Shown here in pieces: positions 17,655 through 27,221 of a stretch of DNA of 64,000 nt; the stretch's first letter is position 1; each line of letters begins with the position of its first letter. The DNA lies in the NCBI GenBank assembly GCA_964513925.1, contig CAZENR010000007.1, positions 2,658 through 66,657 of the forward strand, read 5' to 3'. The position numbers and the translations under genes are program-made. The notes under the pieces are model-generated. The model was not told the DNA's origin, did no database searches, and saw nothing but the letters and a program-made list of their open reading frames with translations. The DNA is from an uncultured Candidatus Peribacteria bacterium (GTDB lineage: Bacteria; Patescibacteriota; Gracilibacteria; Peribacterales; Peribacteraceae).

Positions 17655-18388
17655 CGCTCCCCCCGATTTTTCTGGCGCTTCCGATCCTCGCGGTTGGCGG
17701 CGTATTTTCCGCGGTGGCCGGAGGAGGTCTAAGTATCATTGCCACCATCGTTTTCGATGTGCTGGGGTTTTCCATTCATCAATCCGTTGCGCTCGCCGCT
17801 TTACTAATGACTGCCATGCAGCTGGCGAAGCTGTTTCATTTTCGCGGTAGCGCCAGGTGGTCCATTGCGCTGTGGTACTGCGTGCTTGGCGTACCTGCAA
17901 GTTACGCCGGAGGGCTGTTGCTGTTTTGGGTTCCAGGACGCACCTTGGAGCTGATCATTGGCACGATCATTGGGCTGCTTGGCGCGCACGAACTCCTTCC
18001 ATTTCGTGGCGTCACCCTTCGCACAAAACCTACTCCGGGCGTGTTGCTGCCGCTTGGTGCGTTAAACGGCGTCGTCGGAGGCATTGTCGGTAATTCAGCA
18101 TTGGTACGCGCACCCGCGCTCTTGAGCATGGGCCTTCGCAAAGAAGAATTCATTGGCACCTCTACGGTTATCGCGCTGCCCATGAACTTAGCCAAAGCCG
18201 TACCCTATGCTTACGGCGTGCAGTGGTCGACCGATATTGTATGGTTATTTGTAAGTCTGGTGCCCACATTGTTCATAAGCGTTTGGATCGGCAAGCGCCT
18301 CTTGGCACATTGCTCACACAGGCTGTTCGAAATCTTGCAGGGCGGCATTTTGCTTGCGGGTGCCATAAAGCTGTTGGCGTTTCCTTAG
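17651..18388 (+). CDS. TauE/SafE-family (DUF81) anion exporter-like membrane protein
   Basis: ATGA overlap with the pyrB stop. About 8 TM with two Gly-rich halves (AVAGGGLSII..., GALNGVVGGIVG...), typical of TauE/SafE. Confidence 0.65.
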   Translation: MTLPPIFLALPILAVGGVFSAVAGGGLSIIATIVFDVLGFSIHQSVALAALLMTAMQLAKLFHFRGSARWSIALWYCVLGVPASYAGGLLLFWVPGRTLELIIGTIIGLLGAHELLPFRGVTLRTKPTPGVLLPLGALNGVVGGIVGNSALVRAPALLSMGLRKEEFIGTSTVIALPMNLAKAVPYAYGVQWSTDIVWLFVSLVPTLFISVWIGKRLLAHCSHRLFEILQGGILLAGAIKLLAFP

Positions 18389-18810
18389 CGGCGCTTCCAA
18401 AATTGCCACCAGTGACGGTCTTCATGCGCGCAGAATGCATCGAACGACCAACCGCCCGGGCCAACCGCGGCAATGGCCATCGTTGCAGCAAAGAGTAAGA
18501 ACTCAAATTCCCAAGCATTTTTTCCAATAAACCCTCCGCCCTGCCCAAACTTTGTGGCAATGGCACCCAGCATGACCACTGCAAGTCCTATGGCTGCCAC
18601 ATCCACTGCCATGCCAATAATCAGCATTGCGCCCGCAAGCGGCTCCAGAATTGCCAGGGCCTTTAACACCATATCCATCATAGATGCCGGCGGCACCTCG
18701 AACGTCGCCCACTTCATCATGCCATGAACGATGAAGGTCGCCCCCACTGATAGGCGCAGCAACAAGAGTGCGGAATCGGTGTGGCGTGCGAGCATGGGCT
18801 TCGGCATCAT
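18385..18810 (-). CDS. DoxX-family membrane protein
   Basis: 141 aa, 4 TM. ALLLLRLSVGATFIVHGMMKW is the characteristic DoxX N-terminal block. Confidence 0.7.
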   Translation of the reverse strand: MMPKPMLARHTDSALLLLRLSVGATFIVHGMMKWATFEVPPASMMDMVLKALAILEPLAGAMLIIGMAVDVAAIGLAVVMLGAIATKFGQGGGFIGKNAWEFEFLLFAATMAIAAVGPGGWSFDAFCAHEDRHWWQFWKRR

Positions 18811-18854
18811 AAGACGGCAGGGAATGTGCTGACATTCTCGCTTCCCCTTCCTTC

Positions 18855-20174
18855 ATGCGCAACATCCTCATTCGTGGCGGCACAGTTGTTCAGCCTTCCG
18901 GTCAAGGCATTGCCGATGTACTGGTGCAACAAGGCAAGATTGTTTCCATCGGACAGAACATTGGAGCGCCGAAGGATGTTTCGCTTATCGATGCTGCGGG
19001 AATGTGGGTGTTGCCGGGCCTGATCGACTGCCACGTACATTTCCGCGAACCGGGCTTTGAGTATAAGGCAACCATGGCAACCGAGGCGGCATCGGCAGTG
19101 GCCGGAGGCGTGACCACCGTCTGCGAAATGCCGAACACCAATCCGCCGACGGTTACCGTTGCGGCGCTGGCAGACAAAATCCGTCGTGCAAGCGCCATCG
19201 ATGATTGCGATTTACGATTTTATTTTGGCATCACCGCAGAGGCGCACCTGTTTGCTTTGCGAGAGCTGTGGACAGCGGAGTCCGCGGAACTGGTACGGCT
19301 GAAGGGGGGCTGCTGCGGAGTGAAGTTGTACTTGGATCACTCCACCGGCAACCAAAAAGTAGACGGCGGCATTGTGGAAGACATTTTCCGCACCTGTTTC
19401 GAACTTGGTGTCCCGCTTATTGCGCACTGCGAAGATCCGGACATGAATACGGCTGCAGCCAAGCAAAACACATCTACAGACGTTGCCACGCACTCTTCCA
19501 TGCGCCCACCCGAATCGGAAGCTGCATCCATTACCTATGCTATTGGTCTTAGCCGCAAGATTGGCACACCCCTGCATATTGCCCACCTTTCCACCAAGCA
19601 AGGCATTGCACTTGTAGCTGCGGCAAAAAAAGACGGTTTACCCATCACCTGCGAGGTGGCGCCACACCATCTATTCCTTACCGTCGACGACTACGCTTCG
19701 CTCCAAGCCAAGGCGAAAATGAATCCCCCCATTCGCACTGCCGAGCACCGCGATGCGCTCTGGGCTGGCATTGCCGACGGTACGGTGGATTGCATCGCCA
19801 CCGATCATGCTCCTCATACTCTTGAGGAAAAAACAAAGGGCCTGCAATCCGCAAGCGGCGTCCCCGGCGTAGAGACTATGCTGCCGCTGTTACTCACGGT
19901 TGCCTCGGGGAAATGGCCGCACCCAACATCGAGCAAGCCTGCAACGCTGCCTGCGCTTACAGCAGCGGATATTGCTCGGCTCTGCCATACCAATCCCAAT
20001 CGCATTTTCAAGCTCGGCAAGCAGGGGATCGTTGCAGGGGCGGCTGCCGACATCATTGTGGTAGACCCGAAAAAAACATGGCAAATTCATGCTGCTGCAC
20101 TGCACTCGAAATGTGCCTGGACTCCGTTCGAGGGATGGAATGTCATCGGCGCGGTTCTCAGCGACGTCGGCTAG
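18855..20174 (+). CDS. pyrC: Dihydroorotase
   Basis: LPGLIDCHVHFREPG (HxH metal site), VKLYLDHSTG, IAHCEDP, ATDHAPHTLEEK. Confidence 0.92.
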   Translation: MRNILIRGGTVVQPSGQGIADVLVQQGKIVSIGQNIGAPKDVSLIDAAGMWVLPGLIDCHVHFREPGFEYKATMATEAASAVAGGVTTVCEMPNTNPPTVTVAALADKIRRASAIDDCDLRFYFGITAEAHLFALRELWTAESAELVRLKGGCCGVKLYLDHSTGNQKVDGGIVEDIFRTCFELGVPLIAHCEDPDMNTAAAKQNTSTDVATHSSMRPPESEAASITYAIGLSRKIGTPLHIAHLSTKQGIALVAAAKKDGLPITCEVAPHHLFLTVDDYASLQAKAKMNPPIRTAEHRDALWAGIADGTVDCIATDHAPHTLEEKTKGLQSASGVPGVETMLPLLLTVASGKWPHPTSSKPATLPALTAADIARLCHTNPNRIFKLGKQGIVAGAAADIIVVDPKKTWQIHAAALHSKCAWTPFEGWNVIGAVLSDVG

Positions 20175-20854
20175 GTCGGCCGAGGCCTTTCAGGACTGGC
20201 TATGCTCGCGGGAGCAGCTACGGGCGCACCTGGCATACCGCCGAGTAGCCCTGGCGGCAGTCCTGGCATGCCGCTTGGGACACCCGCTGGCGGCGACAAA
20301 GGCCCCGCAGATGCTTTTGTCTGTGCCTCGACGCCCGCTTTTGTTTCGGCGGCAGTTTTAGCTTTCGTATCGGCTTCTTGTTTTCCTTTCGTTTCGGACT
20401 CCAGTGGGGCCTGGCTTCCCAAACGCTGGGTGCACTCTGCCGCAAGCCGCGAAAGCGATTCCTCATCGCGTAGTAAGTGGCTGGCGTGCGCCGTACCGCG
20501 GCGCTCCGGGAATAGTCGCAAGAAGAACCGTCGTTTGGCAGCAGTACCTACATTGACGATTGCGGCATTGATCTCCGAGCCCATCGGACGCCTGCGCATG
20601 GATGGCAATTCGAATCCAAACATCGAAAACTTAGGCTTAGGCGGCAGGACGCTGGGCGAGATAAACACGCGAAAACCCCGAGGCTGCACACGCGAGACGG
20701 ATACATCGGCGTCTTGCAATGTGCGGCCGAATGCCTGGCTCAAAGCGGTTTTTATGCGCGCCTGCGCGTCACTCATTTCTTTTTGCGCTTCCGCGTTACG
20801 CTCCGCAGTTTGCCTTGCCGCTGTATCGGAGCGACCGCCGAGAATATCGAACAT
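20171..20854 (-). CDS. Hypothetical protein with disordered Pro/Gly/Ala/Lys-rich C-terminus
   Basis: ATG at 20854. Preferred over the antisense ORF 20202..20909 because of its more protein-like composition and clean ATG. 4-nt convergent overlap with pyrC. Confidence 0.45.
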   Translation of the reverse strand: MFDILGGRSDTAARQTAERNAEAQKEMSDAQARIKTALSQAFGRTLQDADVSVSRVQPRGFRVFISPSVLPPKPKFSMFGFELPSMRRRPMGSEINAAIVNVGTAAKRRFFLRLFPERRGTAHASHLLRDEESLSRLAAECTQRLGSQAPLESETKGKQEADTKAKTAAETKAGVEAQTKASAGPLSPPAGVPSGMPGLPPGLLGGMPGAPVAAPASIASPERPRPT

Positions 20855-20905
20855 AGAAAGAAGGGTATCGCATCAGTATACCACGTTTTCACCAGCTAGA
20901 GAACG

Positions 20906-21544
20906 TTAAGCCGACAAGCGCTGATGTAGTTCCGGCAGCGACCGCACCACGAAGTCCGCCTCGGCAATGGCTTGCTTCGGCGTATGGCCGGTGACAATGC
21001 AGCAACTGGTCATGCCGGCAGCTTTTGCCGCGCCGACATCGAACATCTGGTCCCCGACGTACAGACACCGGGAAGGTTCCACCTGCAGGCTGTCGGCAGC
21101 CAACAGCAACCCATGGGGGTGCGGTTTGTGGAAATCCCCCAAATCGTCTGCGGTTACCAATCTGTCGACGTGGGCGGTGACGTCCAGCAATTCGTCGATA
21201 GCATCCACGTATCGCTTCCATGAACCGGTCACAATTGCGGAGGGGCGGTCCTGAATGGAGCGCAGCAGCTCCGTCGCGCCGGCATAGAACACCGTATGCT
21301 GCCGCAGCAGTTCGCAGTATGCGTCATCGCGCTTCGTGCGCAGTGCAGGTACCTGCTTTTCCGTTCCTCCAACCCGTAAAATCCATTCATTGAACGATGT
21401 CCCCATGGGGTATAGACGGTCAAAATCCTGCTCCGAAAACTTCAGCCCGCCATGTTCTATGGCCTGAATGCAGGCGCGCTTGTAGAGGTTGATGGTATCA
21501 ACCAGGGTGCCGTCGAGATCAAAGAGAATGGCATCGTAAGTCAT
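20906..21544 (-). CDS. HAD-superfamily hydrolase (subfamily IA, phosphoglycolate-phosphatase-like)
   Basis: Motif I AILFDLDGTLVDT; motif IV YVGDQMFDVGAAKAAG. Confidence 0.85.
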   Translation of the reverse strand: MTYDAILFDLDGTLVDTINLYKRACIQAIEHGGLKFSEQDFDRLYPMGTSFNEWILRVGGTEKQVPALRTKRDDAYCELLRQHTVFYAGATELLRSIQDRPSAIVTGSWKRYVDAIDELLDVTAHVDRLVTADDLGDFHKPHPHGLLLAADSLQVEPSRCLYVGDQMFDVGAAKAAGMTSCCIVTGHTPKQAIAEADFVVRSLPELHQRLSA

Positions 21545-21598
21545 GGGTGCAAAAGCCTAGCACAGAGACGAGAAGAGGCGGAGGGTTTTCCCGAAAAA

Positions 21599-21643
21599 GA
21601 TTCCGCGGGTCCCAAAGACTCCACGACCCCCTTTCAGGAATCC
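21599..21643 (-). terminator. Probable rnj terminator (long hairpin plus U-run), member of the GGATTCC/GGAATCC hairpin family
   Basis: Minus strand GGATTCC-32 nt (inner GGGTC...GACCC stem)-GGAATC-TTTTT, located 30-70 nt after the rnj stop. Confidence 0.45.
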
Positions 21644-21671
21644 ATGGAGTCAGGGAGTCTCGCAGTCTTCG

Positions 21672-23552
21672 TTACACCTCGATGATGATCGGCATGATCA
21701 TGGGTTCGCGATCAAGCTTGCGGCGGAACATATGGAACAATGCGCCGTTCACTTCGCGTTTTAAAGCGCTGATGTTCTTTTCGCCGCGACCTACGGCCTC
21801 TTCGTATGCTTTGCGGATGCACGCAGTTGCTTCTTTTTGAATACTCAACTGTTCGGAGCCGTAAATGAGTCCGCGCGAGAGTAGCAGCGGGTCGGACACC
21901 AGGCGCATGGATTCGGCGTAGACCTTTAACACCACCACGAACATGCCGGCGTTACTCATAATGCGCCGGTCGTCCAAAATGCGCTGGCCGTCGCCGCCGG
22001 TACCGCGGCCATCAATAATGATGTCGTTGGCAGGCAGCTTGGTCTTGGACTTGCGAGCATTGCCTTGCTGGTCGAATTCCAAAATTTCGCCGTTGACCAT
22101 CAAGTGGATTTGGTTGTCCGAATACCCAATGGAACGAGCCAAATCGCCGTGAGCGGCGCGCATGTATGGCTCGCCGTGCTCCGGGATAACGTGCTTGGCG
22201 CGCACCAAGCGGTGCATGAGCAGAATGTCGTTTTGGTAGCCGTGCCCAGTGGTGTGCAATGCCAACTCCTGGTTGGTAAGCACCCTGGCGCCGAGCAGGT
22301 TTAAGTTGTTGACGACTTTTGCCACCGCGCGCTCGTTGCCCAAGATGGGGTTGGAGGAGAGGATGACGGTGTCACCCTTCTTCACGCGGACGTGCTGGTG
22401 GATACCCAGGCCCATGCGTGCCAAGCTGGCGCGCTCTTCGCCTTGCGATCCGGTGGTAAGAATAACCACTTCGCGGTCGGGGATTTTATCCATGCCCGGG
22501 CCGACTTTGCGAATAAGCCCGCGCGGTACCTGGATGTATCCCAAATTCTGAGCGATCTCGATGTTCTGCTCCATGGAGCGGCCCGAGACGTAGATTTTGC
22601 GGTTTAAGGTTTTTGCATGCTCGATCACCTGTGCCAGGCGGTTGAGCAGCGAGCTGAACGTGGAAATGATGAGGCGCCCCTTTGCGTCGCGCATCAGGTT
22701 GTAGAGCGTCTCGGAAATCACCTTTTCGCTCAGCGAGTTGCCCGGCTTTGTTGCGTTCGTCGAGTCGGCGATGATGGCAAGCACGCCCTTCTCGCCCAGT
22801 TCGGCCAACCGCTGAAAGTCTGCGGGCGGCTCGTTCATGGGCGTTAAGTCGAATTTAAAGTCGCCGGTGTGCACGATGGTTCCGTACGGCGTGTGAATGG
22901 CGATGGCGGCCGAGTCGGGAATCGAGTGCGTCACGCGCAAGAATTCGATGGAGACCTTGCCCAGCTGAATCTGCTTGCCGAATTCCGCAACGTGCATGCG
23001 GGTTTTGGACGTCAGTTTTTCTTCGTCCAGGCGCTTACGCACGAAGCCCATGGTGAGCTTAGTGCCGTAGCACGGCGGAAAGTGCAGCGTAGGTAACAGG
23101 TGTTGCACGGCACCAATGTGGTCCAAGTGACCGTGGGTGAAGAGCACCGCCTTAATGCGGTTCTCTTTGCCGCGCAGACAGGAGACGTCCGGAATCAGGT
23201 AGTCGATACCCGGCATATCCTCTTCTGGGAACTGTAATCCCAAATCAATGATGTACAGATCGCCGTCGACATCGACGACGAAGCAGTTGCGGCCCACTTC
23301 CTCGAACCCGCCGAGCGGATAGAGTCGAAGGCCTTTTCCTGTCCCCGGGCCGCGTTGCGGCTGCGAAGACTGGCGGGGCTGGTGACCCCCTTGGCGCGAG
23401 TGGTTTCCCTGTCGCGGTTGGTGCGGAGCGCGCTGGCTCTGCGAATGTTTTTGCACCGGGCTTGGTTGACGTGGAGCGGCAGACGGATCTGGCGCGGGTT
23501 GCTGTTGAGGTACGACCGGTGTGTCGTTCTCCCCACCTGCAATCTTCTTCAT
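21672..23552 (-). CDS. rnj: Ribonuclease J (beta-CASP metallo-beta-lactamase) with Q/P/R-rich N-terminal extension
   Basis: LRLYPLGGFEEVGRNCFVV, VLFTHGHLDHIGA (HxHxDH), HTGDFKFD, LHTTGHG. Start placed at the ATG giving MKKIAGGEND... (23552 by track arithmetic). The ORF extends to 23645. Confidence 0.9.
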   Translation of the reverse strand: MKKIAGGENDTPVVPQQQPAPDPSAAPRQPSPVQKHSQSQRAPHQPRQGNHSRQGGHQPRQSSQPQRGPGTGKGLRLYPLGGFEEVGRNCFVVDVDGDLYIIDLGLQFPEEDMPGIDYLIPDVSCLRGKENRIKAVLFTHGHLDHIGAVQHLLPTLHFPPCYGTKLTMGFVRKRLDEEKLTSKTRMHVAEFGKQIQLGKVSIEFLRVTHSIPDSAAIAIHTPYGTIVHTGDFKFDLTPMNEPPADFQRLAELGEKGVLAIIADSTNATKPGNSLSEKVISETLYNLMRDAKGRLIISTFSSLLNRLAQVIEHAKTLNRKIYVSGRSMEQNIEIAQNLGYIQVPRGLIRKVGPGMDKIPDREVVILTTGSQGEERASLARMGLGIHQHVRVKKGDTVILSSNPILGNERAVAKVVNNLNLLGARVLTNQELALHTTGHGYQNDILLMHRLVRAKHVIPEHGEPYMRAAHGDLARSIGYSDNQIHLMVNGEILEFDQQGNARKSKTKLPANDIIIDGRGTGGDGQRILDDRRIMSNAGMFVVVLKVYAESMRLVSDPLLLSRGLIYGSEQLSIQKEATACIRKAYEEAVGRGEKNISALKREVNGALFHMFRRKLDREPMIMPIIIEV

Positions 23553-23841
23553 CCACTCATGAACTGTTTTCACTGTGTTTGAATAATGGTAGAAAATTAG
23601 AACTGTCTCCATCGTACTCTTGCAAAGCATTCTTGGCAATGCCATTTTGTCGCATAGTTATTTTTTTGGCTTATTTACAACAAAAAATTAGCAATAAAAA
23701 TTTGTTGTGCTTCTCCAATCGGCGAGACAGTGCCTGGTTGTGGCCCTGCATAGGCGTGCAATCTGCGATGCCGGAAAGATTCCACTTGTCGAGTTGGCCT
23801 TCTTGCTCCAAGCGCCCTGCGCGTGTAGCCTCCTTGCCTGT

Positions 23842-25857
23842 ATGAAACTGGAAGTTTCTACAGGACAGACCAAGGCTCCGTCCGACACAGTTCTTGTGCC
23901 GGTCGTACTCGGTGACGGCAAGGACGATCGCGTGTTCCTTTTGCTGCACACCGAAGGCAAATCCGATGGTACGGATCATCTGCGCCAAGAATGTCTGAAC
24001 GTATTAAAGCATGGCGTGATGGAGGGAGAAGGCGATGCGTATACCCGCCTGGAGAGCGCTCTCAAGGAGTTAAACGGCTTACTGAAGGGCTTTTTGCTGA
24101 GCAACGCGGTCAGCGACGTCCACGCCATTGTCGGCGTGCTCGAGCAAAACGGGAATTTGCACTTGTCGCACATCGGACGCAGCGAGGCATACCTGGTACG
24201 CGATGGATCCGCTGCGCAAATTACCGAGTATTCGCGCGGCAAGCCGCCACAGGCCTTCATGCACATTGTCAGCGGACCGGTGCAGGAGCGTGATCACATT
24301 ATTCTCAGTACGCAGCGTGTACTGCGCGCAATTACCCCGGCTCAACTGGCCCAAATCGTTGCGAGAGGAGGGGATGTCGTGAAGGCGATTGCAGCCCAGC
24401 TGGAAGCAGAACGCGAGGTAGCATGCGTCGCACATCTTGCCATTCATGGACAGGGTGCTGCCGCAACGACGTCCAAAGCTGCTTCCCGTGCAAGAATGCC
24501 CGTGCAACGCGAGCGATCTCGCCGCAATGCCACACCCGTCAGTGCCGTGCTGAGCAAGCTTCGGGGTTTGCCGCTGCCTTCCATTAAGGCTCCGGCCGGT
24601 CTGCATGCCGCTGTAAAAGGAAGGGCCAAGCAGGCGCGTTCCCAGCTCAACTCGCTCGTGAGTAAGTTTGCCGCCGATTTACATGATCCGGCACGCAAGC
24701 GCCGCGCGCACCTCTTGCTGCTTGCGGGAGCGGCCGCGGTGTTCCTGATTGTCTGGATGACTATCCAGCTTTCGCTTTCCAGCCAAAAGAGCCAGAACCG
24801 CGGAGAGCTGGCCTCGCTGGTGCAGCAGATCAACGCCGATATCGCCACTGCCGACAACAGGCAACTTGCCGGAGACACCGACAGCGCAAACGCCATTTTG
24901 CAGCGCGCAGAAGATCGCGCCCGCCAAGTCATGAGCAACGAGAGCGGCCTGTTCCGCAGCGAGGCGCTGGAGCTACTCGACCGCATTAAATCCAAGCGCG
25001 AGGAAATGAATAAAGTTGTCCGCGTGGTGCCGCCGCGCGTTATGGCGAACCTCAGCGCGAAAAAGGCGGATATTGTCGCACAGGGTTTCATGGGCCTGCC
25101 GAACGGCGAGTTCATTGTCTACGACAGGCAGGACTTGTACCGGGTTTCGCTGAACACCGTCGAGCCCAGCGATCGCATTTCCACGGAAGAACTCCTGCTG
25201 GAAGGCGTGGTGTTCCCGCGCTTCCAGAGTCGCGTGTTCCTTACGACGGGCAACAGCATCATCGAGCTCATTAACGGTCAGCCGATCACCATGAAGACCG
25301 AAGATCCCGCCGGCTGGGTAACCGGCGTGGATATGAAGACATACCTGCGCTATCTCTACATCTTGGCCCCGGAGCGCAAACAAATTTACAAGTACGAGCG
25401 CCTCTCCAGCCGCTACGGACCGCCTGCGGAGTACAACGTGAACGGCGATCTCTCCGGCGCGCTGGATATGACCATCGTCGGTCCCGTATACGTTCTGAAG
25501 GACGTGTCGGTAGGCAAGAACCCCGGCGAGCCGGGCACGCGAGAGGTGCTGAAGCTGCTGCGTGGAGAAAAGCAGCCGTTTGCCATTCGAAACCTGCCGC
25601 CAGGTGCTTTGGACGGAGTGACCAAGATCTTCAAATCTTCGACAAACGGTAACTTCTACTTCATGGACCCGGACAACCGCCGTGTCGTGGTAACCACCAA
25701 CGATGGCGACTTGGGTGACTCGCTGTACCTGAAGCAGTTTGTTCTCGAGTCCGATCAAGTGGGTAAGCTGAAGGATATCTTCGTGGATGATAATGACACC
25801 CGCCTGTACGTACTGGATGAGAAGAAGGTGTACGTGATTGATTTGCAGGCCAACTAA
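23842..25857 (+). CDS. Membrane protein: N-terminal degenerate PP2C-like domain, one TM, C-terminal beta-rich (propeller-like) domain
   Basis: Start trimmed to ATG 23842 (MKLEVSTGQ...). AIVGVLEQNGNLHLSHIGRSEAYLVRDGSAAQITE resembles the PP2C block '...vGDSRaYl.r.g...qlT' but with GRSE in place of GDSR. TM HLLLLAGAAAVFLIVWMTI. The C-terminal ~330 aa is beta-strand rich. Confidence 0.6.
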   Translation: MKLEVSTGQTKAPSDTVLVPVVLGDGKDDRVFLLLHTEGKSDGTDHLRQECLNVLKHGVMEGEGDAYTRLESALKELNGLLKGFLLSNAVSDVHAIVGVLEQNGNLHLSHIGRSEAYLVRDGSAAQITEYSRGKPPQAFMHIVSGPVQERDHIILSTQRVLRAITPAQLAQIVARGGDVVKAIAAQLEAEREVACVAHLAIHGQGAAATTSKAASRARMPVQRERSRRNATPVSAVLSKLRGLPLPSIKAPAGLHAAVKGRAKQARSQLNSLVSKFAADLHDPARKRRAHLLLLAGAAAVFLIVWMTIQLSLSSQKSQNRGELASLVQQINADIATADNRQLAGDTDSANAILQRAEDRARQVMSNESGLFRSEALELLDRIKSKREEMNKVVRVVPPRVMANLSAKKADIVAQGFMGLPNGEFIVYDRQDLYRVSLNTVEPSDRISTEELLLEGVVFPRFQSRVFLTTGNSIIELINGQPITMKTEDPAGWVTGVDMKTYLRYLYILAPERKQIYKYERLSSRYGPPAEYNVNGDLSGALDMTIVGPVYVLKDVSVGKNPGEPGTREVLKLLRGEKQPFAIRNLPPGALDGVTKIFKSSTNGNFYFMDPDNRRVVVTTNDGDLGDSLYLKQFVLESDQVGKLKDIFVDDNDTRLYVLDEKKVYVIDLQAN

Positions 25858-25862
25858 GAAGA

Positions 25863-25886
25863 GATTCCGGGGACTCCCTGGATTCC
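25863..25886 (+). repeat. Copy of a short intergenic element (GATTCC-GGGGACTCC-CT-GGATTCC)
   Basis: 20/24 identical to 48576-48599 (GATTCC-AGGGACTCC-GC-GGAATCC). Lies immediately after the stop at 25857. Confidence 0.4.
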
Positions 25887-25924
25887 ATGAGTCCAAGGCA
25901 TGCCAGATGCGGTATCCTGCGTGC

Positions 25925-26308
25925 ATGCGAGTCATGATTTTCGGCACGTTCGACAAGTTTCACCCCGGACACGAGTTTGTGTTGCGGCAGGCGCTTAGCC
26001 GAGGGGAAACGATTGTGATCGTTGCCCGCGACGCCAATGTGCAGCGAATTAAGGGGAAGTTGCCAAAGTACGATGAGCGCGTGCGTTCAGCGGCCATTCG
26101 CACCGCGTTCCCCGATGCCACCGTGCGACTGGGCGACGAATCCGGCGACTTTCTCGCGCCCATTCGCAAGTTTTCTCCCGATATCATTCTGCTGGGGTAC
26201 GACCAGCAATTGCCGCCGGGGGTACAAGCAAAAGATTTTCCGTGCGCTGTTGAGCGCCTAGAGGCCTTTGAGCCACAGAAATACAAAAGCAGCTTGCTTG
26301 ACAACTAA
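25925..26308 (+). CDS. Cytidylyltransferase-like nucleotidyltransferase (RibL/FAD-synthase- or PPAT-like)
   Basis: MRVMIFGTFDKFHPGHEFVL carries the (T/H)xGH nucleotidyltransferase signature. 127 aa. Start trimmed to ATG 25925. Confidence 0.65.
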   Translation: MRVMIFGTFDKFHPGHEFVLRQALSRGETIVIVARDANVQRIKGKLPKYDERVRSAAIRTAFPDATVRLGDESGDFLAPIRKFSPDIILLGYDQQLPPGVQAKDFPCAVERLEAFEPQKYKSSLLDN

Positions 26309-26328
26309 GGCTTGCAGAAGCCGTTTCC

Positions 26329-26357
26329 TTGCGAATTTTGCGTGGTTTTGGTACAAT
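26329..26357 (+). promoter_or_regulatory. Near-consensus sigma70 promoter with extended -10
   Basis: TTGCGA-17 nt-TACAAT preceded by TGG (TGnTACAAT), 28 nt upstream of ATG 26386. Confidence 0.55.
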
Positions 26358-26385
26358 AGTAGAAATACTTTCCCCCATTCGTTCC

Positions 26386-26802
26386 ATGGCTGCAAAAGCT
26401 GCAACGAAGGTTCTGCTTACCAAAGAGGAGCAGGCTCTTCTGAAGAAGTTGGCGCCCAATGTTCAGGCGCTGTTTAAGGACCGTGTTGAGGCAGAAAGCC
26501 TCACCTCTTTCGAGACCGAAGAGGAGCTTGTAGAACGTATGAGCAAAGCATCGTACGAGCAGTATCCGGAAGTAAAAACGATGATGGAAAAGCTGGTGCA
26601 GAGCGGCGATATGACCGATCTGAACTTAGAAAAACTTTCCGATGGAGCGCTGGATGTACTGCTATTCACCATTGGTGCCTGCGGTATTTCTGCGTTGATC
26701 GAACTTTCGCTGCAAGATTCTGTCGGCAAAGATGATGTTGAGGCTCTTGCAACCCTTTCCCTGGCCCGTCACCGCGTTCTTACGGTCAATTCTTCCAAGT
26801 AG
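26386..26802 (+). CDS. Hypothetical acidic protein
   Basis: Start at ATG 26386 (MAAKAATKVLLTKEEQALLKK...), downstream of the promoter. No motif recognised. Confidence 0.5.
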   Translation: MAAKAATKVLLTKEEQALLKKLAPNVQALFKDRVEAESLTSFETEEELVERMSKASYEQYPEVKTMMEKLVQSGDMTDLNLEKLSDGALDVLLFTIGACGISALIELSLQDSVGKDDVEALATLSLARHRVLTVNSSK

Positions 26803-26839
26803 TCGGGCTTTTCCTTTCATTCGATTCCTCCCCCACAAC

Positions 26840-27208
26840 ATGGCTCACACCATTGAAGTTCTCCAAGACGCACCGGCAGAAAACCGCAACACCACCAAGA
26901 GTTTTTTGAACAAGCACAAAGGAAAGATCCTTCTCGCGCTTGGCTTGATCGGCGGCACAGCCGGTTTATATGGCTTGGGTAAAGCCGGAATGGCCGGCTC
27001 CTTGGTTACTGGCGCCAACAACATCTTCATGAGAAATTCTCCTGAATGGCTAACGAAAGCCACGCGCCAAGTTTCCAGCGTCGCAGGCACTCGCGTTGTA
27101 AGTGCTATCGATCGATTGCGTGGACTTCCTGCAAATGGCGGCTTCGGCAATCCAGCCGAAATCGTTCGCAAAAATATTGCCGAGGGCAGGCACCCTACCG
27201 AAGATTAA
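26840..27208 (+). CDS. Hypothetical small membrane protein (one Gly-rich TM)
   Basis: ATG 26840 (MAHTIEVLQD...). TM ILLALGLIGGTAGLYGLGKAGMAG. Followed by a strong terminator. Confidence 0.5.
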   Translation: MAHTIEVLQDAPAENRNTTKSFLNKHKGKILLALGLIGGTAGLYGLGKAGMAGSLVTGANNIFMRNSPEWLTKATRQVSSVAGTRVVSAIDRLRGLPANGGFGNPAEIVRKNIAEGRHPTED

Positions 27209-27221
27209 TTTGCATGACTCA

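Noticed and set aside
20202-20909. 235-aa plus-strand ORF antisense to 20171..20854
   Set aside because: It starts at a non-ATG codon, has a Ser/Ala/Arg/Pro-rich shadow-like composition, and would overlap the HAD gene end. The minus-strand ORF is preferred, though with only moderate confidence.
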